In this document: positions 46,315 through 56,357 of the stretch, piece after piece
Position numbering within the stretch: position 1 is the stretch's first letter
How the letters are laid out: each line of letters starts with the position of its first letter
From: a virus
Taxonomy: Duplodnaviria > Caudoviricetes
IMG/VR virus record: IMGVR_UViG_3300016744_000001
Direction: 5' to 3' (one strand)
DNA: 64,000 nt
Position numbers and translations under genes: made by a program
Notes under the pieces: generated by a model
Seen by the model: only the letters and a program-made list of their open reading frames with translations
The model's database searches: none
What the model was told of the DNA's origin: nothing

Positions 46315-48351
46315 TTACCCCGCAGTCGACGTAGAAGTGGTCGTGGTTTCGGAACGGCCCCTTGCCACGATGGTGTAGTTCCATGTACGCTTGGGATAAT
46401 CGCCTTCGAGTCCGATCTCGATCGAGACGGTGTCGTGGTTGGATTGATCTTCCGCTGACAGGTACACACGAGAAGTCACAGTGTACAGTGAGCCAAAGGC
46501 CTTGTAACCGTAACTGTTGATTTCCTTTTGGACCTTGTCCGCCAACGCCAAGAAGGGCATCTTGCGGCTGACGTTTTCGGTCCAGACAAAGTCGGCGATG
46601 TACTTCAGGTAGATACAAGCATCCGTGAATTCATCGTCCGACAGCAGAGACGTGGTGTCCTTGTAGATCGAACGGATCGACGGCATGAACTTGGAATTCA
46701 TGGTCTTGTACTGCATGTAGTTTGCAGCGCCGTCCCACAGCAGTTGCTTCTGCGTCTGGCTGTAAGGAATGAAGTTGACCTCACGATAGATGTCAACGAT
46801 GTTCTGCGGGCTAGCCGCCCAACTACCCTTAATGTAGGTAGCATTGTGGAATGTCGAACGACGTTCCGCAGCCCAGAAGGTCATCGGGATGATGGTCTTC
46901 ACGCTGGTGTCATTGACATAACCAGCCTGAGCAAAGATCGTGGCACGAAGAGCATCCGTACCGTAGAGCTCTGATTCAGGAGTGATCGCACAGCGAGCAC
47001 GGATAGCCGCTGCCACTGAGACAGCTTCGTCCATGTTGTACAGACCACGGTTGCAGTCCTGCGCGGCCATGACGATCTTGCAGTACCCCTGCACACCCAT
47101 GAAGTCAGCCATCGCAAACTTGGTCTGCAGACTGTAGCCAGGGTCATAGATGTGGGTCAGAGGATACCGGAAGCGGTCGCCGAGTTCAGGGTACTTGCGC
47201 AGTGACAAGATCTGACGGATACCGTCTTCGAAGGCTTCATCAGAGAGGTCACCGTCGTCACCACCACTGAGGTAGATGAGTGACAGGTTGGACAGGCTGA
47301 TGTGGTTCGGGTCAGACTCATCCAGAATGGCATGGTAGTAAGGATTACCGTCCATGTTTTTCATGGAAGCAATGTTCACCATCCAACCGGTGGTCAGATT
47401 GGCGTCATTGGTTTCGTATGACCGAATCAGGTTGCCGATGGTTTCGATGTTTTCACTGTAGAAGTGAACATCGAACGGCAGGAGGTACTCTTCAGTGACC
47501 TCGTTGTAGAAGAGACGCAGCAGCGTGTCTTCAGCAGAGATACGACGGTTGGTGTACGGGTCAAGCTGGTTGGGACGCATGACCATCTGGTTCAGGCGAG
47601 CTTCATACTTGTCCACGATTTCCGTAGCAGTGCTGCTGTTGTAGGGCTGTTCCATAGGAACGAATGACCACAACAGTGACTGGGTGGCTTCTACCAGATC
47701 ACCGGTCTGCTTGTTCAGATCGATGTACAGTTTCATGCCGGCACGGTTGCCCATGTCGCAAGGGTCTTTGTAGACCACACCAGCGATGGGGTAGATCTTG
47801 GTTTGGACATCACCATTGGTGACTGTCTTCACGGGGATCTTGTCGTAGCCGGTGAGCAGTTCGTCAGCAGTCATCTTGCGAACAAGATACTTGACGGAGA
47901 CACCTTTCTCTTTGATCACCTGACCAGCGTTGTCCGTCAGAGGAATGAGTTCCCCGGACAGCTCGTCATAAACGTAGCGACCTTCGTCGTCACGACGGTA
48001 TTGGATGATGGGCACGTCTGTCTTGACATGCGCTTCCACCACAGCCGTCGCCTTCTGAGCATTCGGTGGAATCACACGCATGACGAAGCAGGACTGATGG
48101 TTGAGGATGGCTTGCGTCAGATAGAACTGCTCGCCACGCCAGTATTTCTCAAACTGGTCAAAAGACTGGCCGCCGTATTTGGCAACTACTTCTTGACCAT
48201 TGCCCCAGAATGGTTTGTCATCGCCCTTCGCTGCACGCAAAAAGACCAGAGGCTTGTGCAAAGGCAGTTCAAGGTTTCTGACGCGTTGCCCAGCAGATTC
48301 GTCTTTGATATTGACTGTATCATGCGGATGGGTATAGGTTACGAGAGGCAT
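46315..48351 (-). CDS. Contractile tail sheath protein (phiKZ gp29-like)
   Basis: PLHKPL...A.KG, YLSGGDDG, YP...YDPGYSL.TK, PESELYGT...R motifs; 678 aa. Confidence 0.85.
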   Translation of the reverse strand: MPLVTYTHPHDTVNIKDESAGQRVRNLELPLHKPLVFLRAAKGDDKPFWGNGQEVVAKYGGQSFDQFEKYWRGEQFYLTQAILNHQSCFVMRVIPPNAQKATAVVEAHVKTDVPIIQYRRDDEGRYVYDELSGELIPLTDNAGQVIKEKGVSVKYLVRKMTADELLTGYDKIPVKTVTNGDVQTKIYPIAGVVYKDPCDMGNRAGMKLYIDLNKQTGDLVEATQSLLWSFVPMEQPYNSSTATEIVDKYEARLNQMVMRPNQLDPYTNRRISAEDTLLRLFYNEVTEEYLLPFDVHFYSENIETIGNLIRSYETNDANLTTGWMVNIASMKNMDGNPYYHAILDESDPNHISLSNLSLIYLSGGDDGDLSDEAFEDGIRQILSLRKYPELGDRFRYPLTHIYDPGYSLQTKFAMADFMGVQGYCKIVMAAQDCNRGLYNMDEAVSVAAAIRARCAITPESELYGTDALRATIFAQAGYVNDTSVKTIIPMTFWAAERRSTFHNATYIKGSWAASPQNIVDIYREVNFIPYSQTQKQLLWDGAANYMQYKTMNSKFMPSIRSIYKDTTSLLSDDEFTDACIYLKYIADFVWTENVSRKMPFLALADKVQKEINSYGYKAFGSLYTVTSRVYLSAEDQSNHDTVSIEIGLEGDYPKRTWNYTIVARGRSETTTTSTSTAG

Positions 48352-48501
48352 TTTGCACTCCTGATAGAGATGATCCTTTGAAGAGATGATAGCTGACTAT
48401 GAAGTATATCACTCCACTCTGAAGCTATCGTATGGCGTAAATCCTGGTAGACCAGTTTAGCGCCCACATTCAGCAAGTAAAGTTCACACAAGTAAGGAGC
48501 G

Positions 48502-49548
48502 GTGTGCATGAAGCGCATGTTCAAGTATATCACGAATACCAGGATAGCCCAGCAACTCAATCTGCAACAATCAATGAAGATCGTTGTTGAGTACCTTGCA
48601 GGTAACCGTAACGTGATAGCAAATCCGGAAGATTTGACTTCAATATTTTCCACTCGATCCTTCACTTCCACACCGATCTCGATGTTCTTCGACAAATGTG
48701 TGGTTAGCCAACACTTGAATGAGTTTGCAACAATTGCAGATCCGTCAAGGTCGGTTATTGAAGGAATCCCTGACGCTCTCACGATGCCTTCTTGTGTCAT
48801 CGATCTTGAGCAAACTCCTTCAGGTGAAGTCCTGAGCGGTTATAAGGAATTGCATCGCAAAATCGTGCTGAACATTACGAACCTCGTAAAACGCACCAAT
48901 GCGGGTTTACAAGTTTCTGCCCTGCACGAATTGCATAGCATGTACACAAAGGCACTGCTGGTGCGCAGTTATTTTCGTTCTGGGTCAAACCAGTGGCTGT
49001 CACCAATCATGCAACAGTTTGTGATCAGAACGTATGCTCAGTTTATTGGCTCGATCATTGCGAACCAAGCCAACCTGAACATTGCTGAATCCAATCAGGT
49101 TGCCAGTATCTTTGCGTTGTACATGTGTCAGATGCTTTCTGATGACCGCAGCAACCTGACTGTGCCACCACAGTTCTTGAACTTGACCTTCTTGGGCAAT
49201 CGCAGTGACCTTCTGTACATCACAGAGGAATGCAGTGACTACACAAAAGATGGTCTTGATCTTCAGAAGTGTTGTGAGCTTGTTGCCAAGTTTGGCCCTG
49301 CTCGACTGAGCGATTATTCAATTGACGTGTTCTACCGTCATTGCTCCACCCTTGGACCTTACAACGATGCGATCAGTACCTACATGGCTTTTGATTACCC
49401 ACCCTATTGGGTTTGGTTGATCTTGATGTCTTTGTCAGGTGCACAGATGGGTCGCATGAGCAAACTCCTGCAACAGTTTAACCTGAAGCAAGCAGGGATG
49501 AAGTTTGCACACGACCTGATGGCATATCCTTCTCTTGTTGAACGCTAG
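48502..49548 (+). CDS. Virion protein (in the phiKZ gp28 position)
   Basis: Divergent from the sheath as in phiKZ; A.DYPP.W motif; start uncertain. Confidence 0.55.
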   Translation: MCMKRMFKYITNTRIAQQLNLQQSMKIVVEYLAGNRNVIANPEDLTSIFSTRSFTSTPISMFFDKCVVSQHLNEFATIADPSRSVIEGIPDALTMPSCVIDLEQTPSGEVLSGYKELHRKIVLNITNLVKRTNAGLQVSALHELHSMYTKALLVRSYFRSGSNQWLSPIMQQFVIRTYAQFIGSIIANQANLNIAESNQVASIFALYMCQMLSDDRSNLTVPPQFLNLTFLGNRSDLLYITEECSDYTKDGLDLQKCCELVAKFGPARLSDYSIDVFYRHCSTLGPYNDAISTYMAFDYPPYWVWLILMSLSGAQMGRMSKLLQQFNLKQAGMKFAHDLMAYPSLVER

Positions 49549-49556
49549 TTGAATGT

Positions 49557-49588
49557 CCATCTCCAGTGGGATATCCCACTGGAGATGG
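49557..49588. terminator. Perfect 32-bp palindrome (GGGATATCCC core)
   Basis: CCATCTCCAGTGGGAT|ATCCCACTGGAGATGG. Confidence 0.75.
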
Positions 49589-49603
49589 TTGAATGTTTAC
49601 AGA

Positions 49604-49611
49604 TATATTAC
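49604..49611 (+). promoter_or_regulatory. phiKZ-type early promoter motif TATATTAC
   Basis: Exact motif at the head of the 49655-52797 island. Confidence 0.65.
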
Positions 49612-49654
49612 GTTTTTAGTGATTCACAACAATATCTCCGAAGGAGAACGAACG

Positions 49655-51076
49655 ATGTACAAACACAAAGTCATTCGGTCACTCAAATCTGGAATTAATA
49701 AGGTCTCATACGCAAACCGGCAATACGTTAATGCGTTGATTAGTCAACTCAATCAAGCGACTACGTATCACCTTGGGAAAATTCCATTGGAAGGAATTTT
49801 CTTTCAAACTTTTATCAAAGAAGCAAAACACAGAACAACCATTGAAAATGAAGCGATTGACTTGTTTGAACAGAAACAGAAAATCAGTCGTGAACTTCGT
49901 CTGTCATACCAGAAAAGTACCAGAGAACTGGCTGACTGGTTTCCAGAATCACCTTTAGAAAAACCAATTTATCTTGAGGTGATCATTGATGCAATCAATT
50001 TGTTTGAACAATTCTCAATAGACCCAATTCCGCAAAATAGTAAAATTCGTCGATCAACAGTATACTGCGGAATTTTAATTTGGTCTGATGGAGATGACAA
50101 TTTGATTGAAGACAACAAAGTCATCAACATTCAAGTATTACCAATGTTTACAATGAATGGTGATTCTTTTCGTGAGAATCACGACGTTGTCATTGGGCTG
50201 TACTCGACAAAGCTGCTGCTCACCAAACAACCCAAGGCGCATTTTGATGAAGATCTTAACCTTCAGATAGATGTGTTAAAAATGCACAGTCCGCATTTTG
50301 ATCACTTTGTTGATACATTGATCGACCGAGTACAAAAAAGCGGTGGAACGTTGGTTGTTGAACGAACCCTTGATTTTGACTGGACTCTTGAACTACACGG
50401 TTTAACCACCTCGAACATTGGGTTACTACCATTGGTAGTTGAACTGGATCAGCAAATTGATCACAATTCGGAAGATTATCTTCGTTGCATGAAGGACATC
50501 TGCGACGCATTGGATTTAGACACTGGTCGGATCATTGATGTTGTCTGCAGTAAGATGAAACTGATCCCTGGGTTATTTGGGGACAGTCCCCAATTCATCA
50601 CTGTTTCAAATGGGCTAAAGGTAAAAAGCCAGCTTAACAGTTTGGTGACAAGAGTCCAAGAACAGTTTGCAACGGAAATCGCAGGAGTCTTCTTTAAACT
50701 CCTCAACTGCAAGAATGTCACGACTGAAGTCGTTAGATCAAACGTGACTACTACTCCTAACAAACAAACACATAAAACCCAGCCAAAATCAATGAAAGTT
50801 GGATCGGAAGAATACCACGTCATCAAAATGGTACTTCCGAAAACTAAAATCAAGTACATTGGTGGAAAACGAGTGACGACTAGCCGAGATAAACAAGAGA
50901 CAACCAAGATCTCGTTTCGGTCGGGTCACTTTAAAACCTTTACCAAAGAAAAACCTCTTTTCGGTAAAGCAGTCGGAACATTTTGGTGGCAACCGATTGT
51001 GAAAACCAATAAAGAGGTAGTATATAACGTCTCCGTTAATGAAAAGAAAGCGGCTGATGTTATTTCTACTAATTAA
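49655..51076 (+). CDS. Hypothetical early protein with a C-terminal basic R.GH...W.P motif
   Basis: AAGGAG RBS before ATG 49655; FRSGHFK...G..FWWQP resembles a widespread phage RGH motif. Confidence 0.65.
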   Translation: MYKHKVIRSLKSGINKVSYANRQYVNALISQLNQATTYHLGKIPLEGIFFQTFIKEAKHRTTIENEAIDLFEQKQKISRELRLSYQKSTRELADWFPESPLEKPIYLEVIIDAINLFEQFSIDPIPQNSKIRRSTVYCGILIWSDGDDNLIEDNKVINIQVLPMFTMNGDSFRENHDVVIGLYSTKLLLTKQPKAHFDEDLNLQIDVLKMHSPHFDHFVDTLIDRVQKSGGTLVVERTLDFDWTLELHGLTTSNIGLLPLVVELDQQIDHNSEDYLRCMKDICDALDLDTGRIIDVVCSKMKLIPGLFGDSPQFITVSNGLKVKSQLNSLVTRVQEQFATEIAGVFFKLLNCKNVTTEVVRSNVTTTPNKQTHKTQPKSMKVGSEEYHVIKMVLPKTKIKYIGGKRVTTSRDKQETTKISFRSGHFKTFTKEKPLFGKAVGTFWWQPIVKTNKEVVYNVSVNEKKAADVISTN

Positions 51077-51102
51077 CCTTAACCCAAACACCGGAGAGTT
51101 TC

Positions 51103-51798
51103 ATGGCAGTGCATCACATCTCAAACAAAATTCATGGGGCGGTTCTTGATCTGATCAATATGAAAGCATCCTTCAAAGTGGGTGACTTCTACTATTGTGA
51201 AGACATCACAATTGTTGACGCCAATCCTGTTCCTGATGAACCAGTACTTAAGCTGGATTTCAGTATTGGTGGTGAGCCATCGCCCATGCTTTGTCGTGTT
51301 CAGTCTGTCAGGTCCCTTAATGGGATTGAACAGCTCACTGATAAAGTAGTCAAGAAAACATACCTTGGGATGCTTGCAGAAACTGAGCGTCTTGCTGGTA
51401 CATCTATCCCGTGCATCAACAAACCGGCTGAAGTTTATGGCGCGCAGTGTGCGTCCAAAGCAGTCATTGCCAAAGCCACCTCAGTTGTGCTGTACATGTG
51501 CAACGGTGAAGTTACGGCGAACATGAACATCAAGACGCCGTACACGGAACACCATCTCACGGGCATCAAGGTGGCAAACCTTGAAATCTTGCGGGATCAT
51601 TTGTACATCATCCCGGTGGTAGTTGATGACATCACATCGAGAGTTTGGTTTGATGTTACCACAATGGTGACCGACCACAACTGCGATGATGAATTCATCG
51701 ACCAGATCACCCCTGGCAAAAGTACTGAGTTCCGGGAAAGGCTGGTCGACCTGATCATGAATTTCTCGGATGAACACGCCGAAAGAAATGGTAGGTAA
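51103..51798 (+). CDS. Hypothetical protein, paralog family C
   Basis: DHLYIIP...FIDQI...FRERL. Confidence 0.7.
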   Translation: MAVHHISNKIHGAVLDLINMKASFKVGDFYYCEDITIVDANPVPDEPVLKLDFSIGGEPSPMLCRVQSVRSLNGIEQLTDKVVKKTYLGMLAETERLAGTSIPCINKPAEVYGAQCASKAVIAKATSVVLYMCNGEVTANMNIKTPYTEHHLTGIKVANLEILRDHLYIIPVVVDDITSRVWFDVTTMVTDHNCDDEFIDQITPGKSTEFRERLVDLIMNFSDEHAERNGR

Positions 51799-51836
51799 AA
51801 CTACCGTCGATCAGAAAAAATAATCAGGAGGTTTAG

Positions 51837-52478
51837 ATGAGCATTATGGCAGTTAACCTTGCAAGCAATGTTGAAATTAATTTTGCTGCTGGCACAATTT
51901 CGTTGTTCAACAAAGCGGAAGCTCACCTGGTGAAGGATGCAAAAATCCTGAGCTATTTTCGAGTCGGTGCCTCTCGTGGAATAGTGGTGCAGCCTTTTGA
52001 AGATAGTGAGGCGGAAGCCAAGTTTATTATTCCGGAAGAAATTGCGATCATGCATGACCCTGAGAACTATCCGGAGGAGTGGATCTACCCCAGAAACAAG
52101 TTTGAGTTCTCACCTGGTTCTTGGGATTCCATGGTCATCATGCACATTGTTGATGTTAATGTGCACTCGGTCAACGGCGGCGAGTTTGACATCTCCTTCG
52201 AAGGTAATGGTCATCTCTATCCCAAAGTCACTTGCACGGGTGCAATGATCAACGGAGAGACCCTTTTCTTCATCCCGAAGAGACACCGCTATGAAAAGCC
52301 CAGTCTCTTGATGGTTTATTCTCTGGTCGCTGAGCAGGAGAAAAGTCTCTTGGAGCAGTTGCAAGTTCCTGATCTGGTGAAAACAGAATTGCTCCATCGA
52401 TGGAAGCTCAAGCAGGAAGAACTTGACCTAAGCTACACTCAGGTGGATAACCCTGAAGAGGCAAAAGCTGATGAGTGA
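51837..52478 (+). CDS. Hypothetical protein, paralog family C
   Basis: ETLFFIP...LLEQL..P..VKTEL. Confidence 0.7.
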   Translation: MSIMAVNLASNVEINFAAGTISLFNKAEAHLVKDAKILSYFRVGASRGIVVQPFEDSEAEAKFIIPEEIAIMHDPENYPEEWIYPRNKFEFSPGSWDSMVIMHIVDVNVHSVNGGEFDISFEGNGHLYPKVTCTGAMINGETLFFIPKRHRYEKPSLLMVYSLVAEQEKSLLEQLQVPDLVKTELLHRWKLKQEELDLSYTQVDNPEEAKADE

Positions 52479-52797
52479 CATGACCGCTTTTGAAAAGCAT
52501 TTGTCAGGCAAGATCATCAGCATCTATGATGTTGAGATTACCGTGGTGCAACGTGATCATTTCTTTGCGACGTTCACACATCACGATCACATTTACAGTT
52601 CGGTGGAGTGCAAACATTTGTTCATGCGTGGAGATCTTCTCTACCTTGTTCCAATAACGTCATCCACTCCAACCGATCCGGTCTTTGAAGCGAAGCATTT
52701 GCTTTCAACTCAAAGCAAAGGGATCATTGATCAGTTGGCTTACCCTGCGCAACTGAAAGAACGAATCAAGAACATGATCGAGCATCAGTTGTATTAG
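52471..52797 (+). CDS. Hypothetical protein, paralog family C (single domain)
   Basis: DLLYLVP...IIDQL..P..LKERI. Confidence 0.7.
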   Translation: MSDMTAFEKHLSGKIISIYDVEITVVQRDHFFATFTHHDHIYSSVECKHLFMRGDLLYLVPITSSTPTDPVFEAKHLLSTQSKGIIDQLAYPAQLKERIKNMIEHQLY

Positions 52798-52813
52798 GTT
52801 TCTAAATGACATC

Positions 52814-52845
52814 ACACAGCTGGAGGGATGCCCCTCCAGCTGTGT
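52814..52845. terminator. 14-bp stem hairpin
   Basis: ACACAGCTGGAGGG-atgc-CCCTCCAGCTGTGT. Confidence 0.75.
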
Positions 52846-52925
52846 TTCTTATGATATTTATTTTTTGTCAGTAAACCACGAATATTGTGTGGTCTTTTAG
52901 TCTAATCTATCTAAGAGGTATATCC

Positions 52926-55760
52926 ATGGCTACTTCCGTATCCAACGTCTCTTCAGAAAAAGAGCAGATGATCGCTGCTAACATCAATTTGTACCTCTTT
53001 CAAAACGTTTGGAATGAGACACAGCGGTCGCTTCGGAATAACATTCTTCCACAATTGCTAAACACCCGAACGTACAACGGGTCGGTGATGCTGTATGGCA
53101 ATTCAACACCGTTGCCGAACGATACTGATTCTTTCTATCTGTTTGCGGTTGCCAGAAGTGCTGCACCTGGTCTTCAATGGCCAAAGCGATTGGTCAATGC
53201 TTGGGTCTCCACTCAGGACTTGATCAATGAAGACAATATCTTGCTTGACACCTATCACATTCATGGAAAGATGTTGAACAAGAAGGACGTCTATGTGTAC
53301 AAACTGCCCAATGAATACGGATTCATCGTGGCCGTGAACAAGAAGATGTCTGCAAAGATCATCCCTCACACAGAGATGACCAACATTCGATTTACTGTCT
53401 ACTATGATCCGGATATCCCGAATAACATCTACGTCACTGGCTACACTGTTCCCACCACGGATGGTAGCTTTGTCGTCAGATCAGAAATCTGGAATAAATA
53501 CCAGTCATACAAAACGGTGCCCGTTGGGGGCAATGTCCCTACCGTGATGATGTTTATTAATGGTGTCGAAACTGTTCCAGTGGATATGACATCCATCCCC
53601 ACTGGTTCAATTGTTGACATCCACGCTGACTACAACGTCACTTGTGACATTACGATCGACTTGTCAAATCCAGTGTTGAATGCTGCATTCTTCAGTGACA
53701 TGGATAAAGTGTACAAACAGATCGTGCACATCCCCAAGTTGAACAATCCGAACCATTACGTCATGACCCACAATGCCATGGAGATCTACGTCAGGAAACG
53801 CAATCCTGAGGCAGATGGAACATATCAAGGTCTCTATCTCCATCGGTGTGCTGAACGGTCAGTGACTCAGATCACACATCAAGACATCGGTATCCCCTTG
53901 TACATCTTGGATGCATATCGGGATTACCTTGGGACATCTGAAATCGTTCTGCATGTTTACTGGCGGCAACATGATGCTCCGAATGTCCTAATCAGAGACA
54001 AGAACTACATCGACCTCTTGTACTACAATTCTCATATTGACCAAGAGATCATCGGTTACCTGTCAGGGCAACACCAATGGTCAGAGGCATTGCCATTTTG
54101 GAAAGCCTCAAACCTTGAGCAGTCAGAGTACATCAAGATGTTCTTTGACATCCCTGACACGGTGACTCCGAGCAACATGACGTATTACATTGAGGCTCTC
54201 GGTTATTATAACGTCATGTGTTTGCTCTGCAAGCACATTCACCGAACCAAGATCACTGACTGGTATCAAGGTGGGTATTCCTTCCCTAAACCATTGGTGT
54301 ATCAAGGTGCTCCAGTAGCTGCGTTGGTCTACGGAGATGGGAAGAAACTCCCTGAGGCACAGGTCACTGTCAAGAATGATGATGACTTTTACGCAACCAT
54401 TGCAGTGCCCACTGCTACTCCAATTGGGACTGACATCGCAGTAGAGATGTACCTTGATGGCAACAAGAAAGTGTACGGAATCACACCTGATGTTGGCTCA
54501 ACACTTTTGGTGATTCCACCTACAGAGTACATCATCGTTGAAGAAGTTGATTGTCCTGTGGAGACCAACCAATACGATCAGACATCAACAAAAGGATACA
54601 TTGAGTTCACCAAATTCGCAGGGAACATCGTCAAGACGACTTTGCCCGATGGGAACTATCAGTTGTCCTTTGGTCCTTCGATGTTTGGCCGTCGGTTCTT
54701 TGTCATGCCGAAACCAAGAGTTCGGTATTGGTCAACCACTGACAACCCAGAAGACTTTGACATCCAAACAAAGATGGAAAACGGTGACCCCTTGTTCTTC
54801 CCGTTGAGAACCAAGGTCGGTTACCGTTTTGTCAATAACGTCCTGACGTATGTTGATGAGTACATTCCTGAATGGGAAACCTCAGCAATGTTAGTCTTCT
54901 TGAACGGACGTTACCTGATCAGAGACCTTGACTACACGATCCAAGATGTCAAGAATTACAATGGTCAAACAGCCATGAAGATCCTTGTCATCCAAAACTT
55001 ATCGTACCTTGAAACGACTGGTAACAATCTTGAGGTGTACAGTACCTCAGCATCAATCGAAAATTGTGAACGCGGTTATGTGAGTGACCGCAGAGATCTG
55101 GATGCTCTCACTGGTGGTTCTGAGTTGGAGGATGCTCCCATCATTATTGCTGGTGTGATGACAGACAACCGGACGTTCATTTATAACCCCAGTACCACAA
55201 TGATCCATGTGAATGGGTACTTTAGCCCAGCCATTGTTCATGGCAATAGCTTGAGCATGGACCCCACATGGTTGCGACCATGGAGTACTGGTCAGGCAAT
55301 CGAGGTCAAAACAGCTGTGCCGTATTTCATCAGTGACTATCTGAAGAAGTACCACAGCAATGACGACTTTGAACGGATTGAGCTACTGAATAAATACTTC
55401 TACAACCGTGACCTTCGACTGCCTAGCAAGATCGTCATCAGTCAATCGCACTTACTGTACTCAGTTTACACTGCGACAGTACTGCGTGATGTGTTGCAGA
55501 AGAAGAACTTGCAGCTGTCGCTTGATCCAGATACCCGAAGGATGTACGACCAACTTACGTCTTATGCGTATCTGAAGGACATGGATCTGGTCACCAATGT
55601 CAAGGTCGATCTGACTTATGTTGATGGGTATCCCCATTACAAACAGTTGGTTGCCCCTGACAAGGTGACGTATGATTTGCTGTATGCTCTGATGCGAATT
55701 ACCATGCCAGCAGACGACATCATCTCTGACAAAAAAGATATCAACTTGGTTTCCCCGTAA
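52926..55760 (+). CDS. Large virion structural protein (phiKZ gp27-like)
   Basis: NVW, GLYLHR....V.Q.THQD..IP, W.A..LE.S.Y, LGYY, FLNGRYLI..LDY motifs; ~945 aa. Confidence 0.7.
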   Translation: MATSVSNVSSEKEQMIAANINLYLFQNVWNETQRSLRNNILPQLLNTRTYNGSVMLYGNSTPLPNDTDSFYLFAVARSAAPGLQWPKRLVNAWVSTQDLINEDNILLDTYHIHGKMLNKKDVYVYKLPNEYGFIVAVNKKMSAKIIPHTEMTNIRFTVYYDPDIPNNIYVTGYTVPTTDGSFVVRSEIWNKYQSYKTVPVGGNVPTVMMFINGVETVPVDMTSIPTGSIVDIHADYNVTCDITIDLSNPVLNAAFFSDMDKVYKQIVHIPKLNNPNHYVMTHNAMEIYVRKRNPEADGTYQGLYLHRCAERSVTQITHQDIGIPLYILDAYRDYLGTSEIVLHVYWRQHDAPNVLIRDKNYIDLLYYNSHIDQEIIGYLSGQHQWSEALPFWKASNLEQSEYIKMFFDIPDTVTPSNMTYYIEALGYYNVMCLLCKHIHRTKITDWYQGGYSFPKPLVYQGAPVAALVYGDGKKLPEAQVTVKNDDDFYATIAVPTATPIGTDIAVEMYLDGNKKVYGITPDVGSTLLVIPPTEYIIVEEVDCPVETNQYDQTSTKGYIEFTKFAGNIVKTTLPDGNYQLSFGPSMFGRRFFVMPKPRVRYWSTTDNPEDFDIQTKMENGDPLFFPLRTKVGYRFVNNVLTYVDEYIPEWETSAMLVFLNGRYLIRDLDYTIQDVKNYNGQTAMKILVIQNLSYLETTGNNLEVYSTSASIENCERGYVSDRRDLDALTGGSELEDAPIIIAGVMTDNRTFIYNPSTTMIHVNGYFSPAIVHGNSLSMDPTWLRPWSTGQAIEVKTAVPYFISDYLKKYHSNDDFERIELLNKYFYNRDLRLPSKIVISQSHLLYSVYTATVLRDVLQKKNLQLSLDPDTRRMYDQLTSYAYLKDMDLVTNVKVDLTYVDGYPHYKQLVAPDKVTYDLLYALMRITMPADDIISDKKDINLVSP

Positions 55761-55764
55761 TCAC

Positions 55765-55798
55765 CAGTACTCCAGTGGGATATCCCACTGGAGTACTG
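55765..55798. terminator. Perfect 34-bp palindrome (GGGATATCCC core)
   Basis: CAGTACTCCAGTGGGAT|ATCCCACTGGAGTACTG; central 24 nt identical to the 49557 element. Confidence 0.75.
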
Positions 55799-55820
55799 TG
55801 AATGAACTTTTTCTCAGTCC

Positions 55821-55828
55821 TATATTAC
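55821..55828 (+). promoter_or_regulatory. phiKZ-type early promoter motif TATATTAC
   Basis: Exact motif at the head of the last island. Confidence 0.65.
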
Positions 55829-55878
55829 ACAGTAGTTTCCTCATGGAAAACTTTCACTTGTAACGGAGGACTACTTGT

Positions 55879-56238
55879 ATGTTAGGAATTGATCGACCAT
55901 TCGAGCTGAGTGATCCTATATTTAGATCACTCAGCAGGGAAGAAGTGTATTTTGATACCCAGTGGTGCGACACTGAAACACAATGCACATTGGGAACTTG
56001 CCAGGTTGGAGACTTAGTTCTGCTCTCCAACTACGGTCTCAAAGTTTTCGAAGATAAGTTCTTCGAAGCAAACATGTATCCAGATGCTCCGATGAGAATC
56101 ATTAAGATGATTGCTTGTCGACCAAAGCATCTGGATGATCCACCACGTTGTTGGTGTCGTTGCGAACACCCATCTGGTCATGTTGTTAATTGTTCATTGG
56201 AACACCTCTCACCATTCAAAGTGAGTACGTATGCTTAG
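55879..56238 (+). CDS. Hypothetical protein
   Basis: GGAGG RBS; followed by an imperfect hairpin at 56246-56277. Confidence 0.65.
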   Translation: MLGIDRPFELSDPIFRSLSREEVYFDTQWCDTETQCTLGTCQVGDLVLLSNYGLKVFEDKFFEANMYPDAPMRIIKMIACRPKHLDDPPRCWCRCEHPSGHVVNCSLEHLSPFKVSTYA

Positions 56239-56357
56239 TTATCCCGTAGTGGAGCAGAGATCGATCTACTCCACTACAAAGTAATTTTCTTTATCTTATC
56301 AGAGTTGAGTCGCTTAAAGCTTGATACTTACCACATCAACGTAACCGGAGGTTACAA

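Noticed and set aside
49553-49654. ORF-track N-terminal extension of the 49655 gene (similarly the starts at 9327, 17199, 38220, 59223, 59723 and 60949)
   Set aside because: The extensions run through hairpins, promoters or neighbouring genes; downstream ATGs have clear RBSs
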